Source of the DNA: Azolla caroliniana
Taxonomy: Eukaryota > Plantae > Polypodiophyta
NCBI GenBank assembly: GCA_043228905.1
Contig: JBHGNT010000003.1
Span: forward strand, 18,352,001-18,416,000
Direction of reading: 5' to 3'
DNA length: 64,000 nucleotides
In this document: positions 59,301-64,000 of the stretch, one piece after another
Numbering within the stretch: position 1 is the first letter of the stretch
Layout of the letters: each line of letters opens with the position of its first letter
Notes under the pieces: generated by a model
Told to the model about the DNA's origin: nothing
The model's database searches: none
Seen by the model: the letters and a program-made list of their open reading frames with translations, nothing else
Position numbers and translations under genes: made by a program

Positions 59301-60681
59301 GAATCCGAATATGCGTTTGCCATCAGGGCACATGTTGGGGTCCCGAACGCGATTGGATTGGGCCAAGCTCGATGTAGGGCCAGGAGCGTCCGTTGATGCA
59401 TGGAAATCATTTCATACTCTGAATATAAATGACAGATCAGAATTCTTGTCTTCCTTGAGAGGGGGGCTGATTATGTGGGACCAAGTGCAGTCAGTTTTGG
59501 GGCACTCTGACGTTACGATATGGTCCTTTAACCCTCCCAAGTGGGAAGGAGCATTTACGAGGCTTCAAGTGCTAGTGGGGGTAAGGGGACATTTGTCTTG
59601 CGGACGATGTCAAGACTATGAGGTGGAGGAAGATGGCAGTATAAGTAGTGCAACGATACAAACAGAGATCTTGCAATATGCTACATTTTCTAAAATAAGG
59701 GTCCTTGCTTATGACGGATCTAAGTGGCTCATCGACCCACAAGTTGAGGCGGTCAAGGAGCATTGGAAACTGAGAGTTTTTGAAAAGAAACCTTTGATAA
59801 GGTTGCAATGGGATCCGGGAGAATTTTGGTGGAAAGATCCGTTTGATCGTATGGGAAAAAGGTATGGTTTTTTTCAGTATTCAGTTAAGATGGGACGACA
59901 CATTTTGGCAGCTCAACGTAGGACTACACCACGAGCTAGTCAATTTTGGAACCACCAAGGGATCACATCGGAATTCCTAACAAAGTTTTGGGGAACATTA
60001 TGGAAAAGGAAGCAAAATATGAAAATAAATGTCTTCGAATGGTTAGTAATACATAGAGCATTGCCAATTGGCCAATGGTTGCAACAATCAGCTGCACCGA
60101 CCGCATGCGTCTATTGTTGTTGTCAGATGGAGACATTGAAACATTGCTTGTGGGAATGTCATGCTGCACAGCAAGTTTGGAGGCGAGTGTTCCGAGTTCT
60201 TGCCTTTATGTTTAGGGATTGCAGTTTTTCGTGGGGTATGGTAGTATGGGCCACAGTGGCACAAGTGGTGTGGCCATATGATGCATGCCCAAATGACACG
60301 ATTATTAGAATTCAAAGAGGAAGGATAATGGCGGTGCAACAAAGTCAAATGGAGGCTCCTTACATGTTAAAGACAATGCAAGAGGTATGGGAGCTACTAT
60401 GCACCACCACAATGTGGTTTATTTGGACTGCTAGGTGTTCTAAGGTGTTTGGTAATACTACTATTCATCCAGTGGAAAGTACACGGAATGTCTCGATGGA
60501 GATGGTACATACCTTGAAAGGACAGTATGAGGATATTAAAGGTGAGACAGATGTTGCAGTGTTGCAACGTCTCGAATTTATTGTCTATTGGAAGAAGACC
60601 CCTTTTCTCACAATACAAAATTCAAGACCTAAATGGTGCTTAGCGCCACCAGTATGGTTGTTCCCACCACCAATCACATAA
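56335..60681 (+). CDS. LINE ORF2p (APE endonuclease, reverse transcriptase, zf-RVT); RT active site altered to FADN
   Basis: TWNVQG, FQEHH, NIYAP, AGDFN, RLDRFY, SDHAP; WRPITLLN, LDFEKAYDRV, SVRQGCPLAP, FADNT; CVYC..ETLKHCLWEC. The ATG overlaps the ORF1 stop (TGATG). Confidence 0.95.
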   Translation: MRLLTWNVQGLGGPLYRRYRGRLRQELQKCLTNGSLDIMMFQEHHLNEQRIRNYGTILPGSWEMFWSPAIGTSGTQGGVCMAIAHHWKSSIICKEIIVPGRAQYIVLQDLHTTWGYLNIYAPNHASARKHFWCEITNALPNVSHWCVAGDFNMLEDPEDRKGGSVSTIHGEELAVWERMCLKLSILDAWHMPNVYRSQNSLSFSRSDRRIAGTNLSRLDRFYVGEAFVLNGGNITIMPGTTFSDHAPVILRTFGQSKRESIRFRIPEKVMLHDRWYNQVTDIWQNKDNMDAPITIKVACALTEISQYFALKSRSEYMEYLEKERRMRERLISLQRLQQGRPECAWIASHLEEARKQVQHMEECRSQFRYHNSASRWTQIGDRCTKQFFNIKGPKRVSNVTCCLRNETGELEMDPNVVRVIATKFYATLLSEEPISEEISQNRMKVWAEIQPKVTQAMQDSLLSPITELELEQALHSLSDNSCPGVDGFTPKFYKKYWGILKKDLKDAYQHMFESGEMPMSLSEGLIYLIPKTEGVSEDIRKWRPITLLNTSYKLFAKLLSSRLQEVLPKIIHVSQTGFMRERSIMDNVFTFWEATAVAVKNKQNLAVLLLDFEKAYDRVDWNFLEGTMHHLGFNTAWIKGVSCLYRNAHSQVLLAGGVGPRFNITRSVRQGCPLAPFLFLLFAEAMHAFISSQSIGLRGLAMPMHGQDILDSEFADNTALYVDGTLTNLQQVQGALSQFCIASGAKLNWEKTVAFWVSKEPTPCWAPHHTFQWTQRGVAVRYLGVQVGIDLVPELHVAPLLLTLRKKLFLWSHAKLSLAGRVIVANHVLLSTVWYIASSWIFSKSCIGQIRRLVRNFIWAGEDKSHVRAKVAWSTLITPKQYGGLGIIDPLDQCMALLAKLIIRGLLPGHAPWKQLLMQRLYSCAPSMGGLWADSIRWIFIPDKKHVMSRNWEDKFFNGLLRAWEHVHKGLEHGVPTCEEEYLRQNLVWNPNMRLPSGHMLGSRTRLDWAKLDVGPGASVDAWKSFHTLNINDRSEFLSSLRGGLIMWDQVQSVLGHSDVTIWSFNPPKWEGAFTRLQVLVGVRGHLSCGRCQDYEVEEDGSISSATIQTEILQYATFSKIRVLAYDGSKWLIDPQVEAVKEHWKLRVFEKKPLIRLQWDPGEFWWKDPFDRMGKRYGFFQYSVKMGRHILAAQRRTTPRASQFWNHQGITSEFLTKFWGTLWKRKQNMKINVFEWLVIHRALPIGQWLQQSAAPTACVYCCCQMETLKHCLWECHAAQQVWRRVFRVLAFMFRDCSFSWGMVVWATVAQVVWPYDACPNDTIIRIQRGRIMAVQQSQMEAPYMLKTMQEVWELLCTTTMWFIWTARCSKVFGNTTIHPVESTRNVSMEMVHTLKGQYEDIKGETDVAVLQRLEFIVYWKKTPFLTIQNSRPKWCLAPPVWLFPPPIT

Positions 60682-60826
60682 CTTGGTTAAGGAGTGGTGG
60701 AGTGTTGAGGGATGGGACCTAAGGAAGAATGCACCAGATCAATGGTAGCTTGATGGTAGGTCAATTTTTTGTAATGTTGTTCATAACTAATGAAAGGATA
60801 TTTTTCCAAAAAAAAATAAAAAAAAT

Positions 60827-61830
60827 ATGTAATCTTAGGTATTAATATGTATGTGTATGTGTACATATATAATATGTAATTTAATTTTTTGTGTTTTGTA
60901 TGTATATATGTATGCATTTGTGTATGTATATATGTAATATGTAATTTTATTGCATGTATTATGTATATATGTATGTCAATACATATATATGTTTTACTTT
61001 CGATGAATGGGTAAATACCCCATTTTTGTTGTAAACCAATTGTCTCATTGGCCAATTTTGGTCTTAGAAGACGTTAATATACCTTCCTTTCTTTCTTTCA
61101 ATATATATGGCTGATTCTAATATGTATGCAGTATGTAATGCATGTATGTATGTGTATGTACATATTTACATATGGTAATATATATTTGTACATATATTTA
61201 TGTTTAGTCAATATGCATGTATAAATGGGTGTAATGTATTATGTATGTATATACATATTCATGGATGTAATGTTCGAATGTGGTATATATGCATGTGTGA
61301 TATATGAAAGTAGGTATATATGCATGTATGTGGTATGCATATGTGATGTGTGTTATGTTTGTGTGTGTATGTATGTACATATTGTATTGTATTGTATGTA
61401 TGGAATATGTGTATATGTGTATATATATAATATGTAATTTATTTTTTTCTGTTTGGTTTGTATATTTGCATTTGTCTATAATTGTGTGTATAATAATATA
61501 CGTGTGTAATATGTAATATATAAAATATGTTTGTAAATTGTAAGAATGTGTATACATATATATATATAATATGTAATTTTATGTATGTATTATGTATATA
61601 TGTATGTCAATATATATGGCCGATTCTAATATGTATGTAGTATGTAATGCATGTATGTACGTGTATGTACATATTTACATATAGTCATATATATTTGTAC
61701 ATATATTTATGTTTAGTCAGTATGCATGTATAAATGGGTGTAATGTATGTATATACATATTCATGGATGTAATGTTTGAATGTAGGTATATATGGATGCA
61801 TGCATGTGTATGTATGTATGTATATACATA
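60827..61830. repeat. (TG/TA/TATG)n degenerate satellite, part 3
   Basis: Low-complexity tract with an internal duplication (about 61103-61290 vs 61613-61790). Confidence 0.9.
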
Positions 61831-62366
61831 TGCTACTCCAAATTTAAGTATTTTTTGCATAATACATTCTTTACCATCTCATTGAAATATCTAATATTTC
61901 ACGGGCTTATGTAAAAAAAATTTCCAGTATAATTGATAATACCCTTATGTAAATATATTTTCAAATCCTTATTAATACCCATATATCTATCTATCTATAT
62001 ATATATATTATGTATCTCACTGATTAATTTAAACCCCTTTTGATGAACTCACGTGCTATCATACAAGTTTTGACAGTGAAGCCCCCGGGTATGACACATA
62101 GTTAATGTGTAGAGAGTAGTGGTGTGACTCTTGACGTTTGAGTGATCAAAGATTCTCAAAAGGTGTGTTCACACTTTGCACTATGTTCAGCTTGATTCTC
62201 AACAATAACCTTAATTCAAGTGTTATTTTCTATTGTTTTAAGCATATATCAGCCAAACTACCTATTTAAAAAAGGGTACCAAAACTTTCAAAATTTAGCT
62301 AATTTTTCTAAAAATGTCTAAATTGGACATCTAAATTGGGTTCTTGTCAATCATATGTCAAAATTT

Positions 62367-62796
62367 TCGATACGGCGTATCGAGTTCATGTTGAAAACCC
62401 CAACTTCATACATGAACTTGATACACCATATCGAGTTCTTGTTTAGAGTGGGGGTTTTCAACATGAACTTGATATGTCATATCGAGTTCTTGTATGAAGT
62501 TAGGCTTTTCAACAGAAACTCGAGACCCCTTATCGATTTCATGTTGAAAACCCCCACTTTAAACAAGAACTTGATACAGCGTATCGAGTTCATGTTGAAA
62601 AGCCCAAGTTCATACATGAACTCGATACGCTGTATCGAGTTCCTGTTGAAAACCCCCACTTCATACAAGAACTCGATAAGCCATATCGAGTTCCTGTATG
62701 AAGTTGGGCTTTTCAACAGAAACTCAATACGGAGCATCAAGTTCCCCTTGATAATAAAGGCCCTTAGAAGGGAACTCAATACCCTTCATCGAGTTC
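62367..62796. repeat. Second 51-bp-period palindrome array (GAACTCGATA-N5-TATCGAGTTC junctions) with cores in both orientations
   Basis: TATCGAGTTC or close variants at 62378, 62429, 62480, 62531, 62582, 62633, 62684, 62735 and 62787. Confidence 0.95.
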
Positions 62797-62848
62797 TATT
62801 GATTGGAAATGATATAAAAAGAAATGTGTATGTACAGTTCGATTCTTA

Positions 62849-62869
62849 CCCTAAACCCTAAACCCTAAA
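62849..62869. repeat. (CCCTAAA)3 interstitial plant telomere motif / telo-box
   Basis: Three exact copies. Confidence 0.85.
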
Positions 62870-63868
62870 AGATATAAAAAGAAATGTGTCTGTACAGTGT
62901 GTGCTTGTGTGCTTTGTTCTGCGTGTGTGTGATTGAGAAATGAGGGGGTCTTCCTATTTATAGGCATTGACCACTGTGGTTAAAGTAACCACAATTACTT
63001 TAACCATAGTTGGTTTCTTACAATGTCAGTTAGTTAGAAGTACACTTTATTTAGTGCATGATTATGAAGGTACCAATGATTTGGTATTGAAACGAATATA
63101 ATTATTACTCTCTAATGTACTTTAATTAAATGTTCATGAATATTTAAACCAACATATTGTTTATTGGATTTGATGGTCATGAATAAAACAATGATTGAGT
63201 AGTCTAACTATAATATTTATGACTCTCTAACGTGCATTCATGAATGAACCAATGATTGAATACTCAAAGCAAGATATTTATGATTTTGTATTATCTAATG
63301 AATGAACCAATGAATGTGCATTATATTAAATTATGCGGGCCATGAATTAACCACTGACTAGACATTTAAACCAACATATATATGAGTCTATAATGACTGT
63401 ATATATATACTATATGTATATAAAAATTGAATGGATATATAATATATGTATACTATATACTTAATGTTTAGGCCTACACGTGGAGATTTTTTTTTAAAAT
63501 GATCGATATTTCATTATTGTCCAAATGGTTGGGATTAAACCGGCATATTTATGCCTCCATATTTTTGGTAAGATTATACTTGATGGATAAAGTAAATTTA
63601 ATTTAAATTATATACTATAGGATTAATAAGGTATAAAATATAATTTATGGACTTTATATTGAATAAAATTAAGTATATAGTTATTAATATATTGAGACCA
63701 AAATTATTAAATTAAAAATAATATATTTCTTTATTGTATTATTATAATATTCATTAATATAGACATTATATTGAGAGAGCTTATGTTTAGAAATGAGCTT
63801 ATAATTTGTTATATTAGCCAAAGCACATAATGTTGAGAGCTTTGTGTGGACCTTAAGCCATGAGTGAA

Positions 63869-64000
63869 GACTCACCTTTCTCGATTGAAAAATATTGTTT
63901 GTCATCAGACTCTTCATTTTCTATTGAATAGTATTGTTTGTTGATAGACTCACCGTTTTCTATCAAAGAGTATTGTCTGTCGATAGACTCACCGTTTTCT
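63869..64000. repeat. 39-bp tandem repeat running off the window end
   Basis: GACTC unit starts at 63869, 63908, 63947 and 63986. The later units contain GATAGA..TCTATC inverted arms. Confidence 0.85.

Larger units (their letters stand above)
54507..60826 (+). mobile_element. Full-length L1-clade LINE inserted in satellite
   Basis: ORF1 and ORF2 both open; A-rich 3' tail at 60808-60826; (TTTTTA)n at the 5' side. Confidence 0.93.

Noticed and set aside
62849-62869. True telomere or chromosome end
   Set aside because: Only three repeats, internal to the sequence.

Overview
Eukaryotic, TE-dense land-plant DNA. A fern or other non-seed plant is my inference, based on a Tcn1-type chromovirus, (TATG)n/(TG)n satellites and plant MAPK/RING remnants. 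No intact host gene is visible. The window holds nested LTR retrotransposons: one intact and very young Copia (8895-14356), two degenerate full-length Copias, a Copia remnant, a self-priming chromovirus, an older Gypsy and several solo LTRs. It also holds three related L1-type LINE copies and pseudogenes of a group-D MAPK and a RING-H2 protein. The standout is at 1-8750: a Sola-like (DUF7869-type) DDD transposase gene lies head-to-head with a six-exon spliced gene for a ParB/Srx-like domain fused to a prokaryotic-type beta-class N4C/N6A DNA methyltransferase. Intron 1 of that gene carries about 20 palindromes (core CGAT-N7-ATCG) spaced 41/51 bp apart. A second, diverged copy of the ParB-MTase gene with matching intron positions lies at 35925-39146 (-). 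A second 51-bp-period palindrome array with the same CGAT-N7-ATCG core lies at 62367-62796. Together these suggest a DNA-transposon family carrying its own DNA amino-methyltransferase and a phased binding-site array. Both MTase copies and the transposase here carry disabling mutations. All family calls come from motif recognition by eye, not from database searches.
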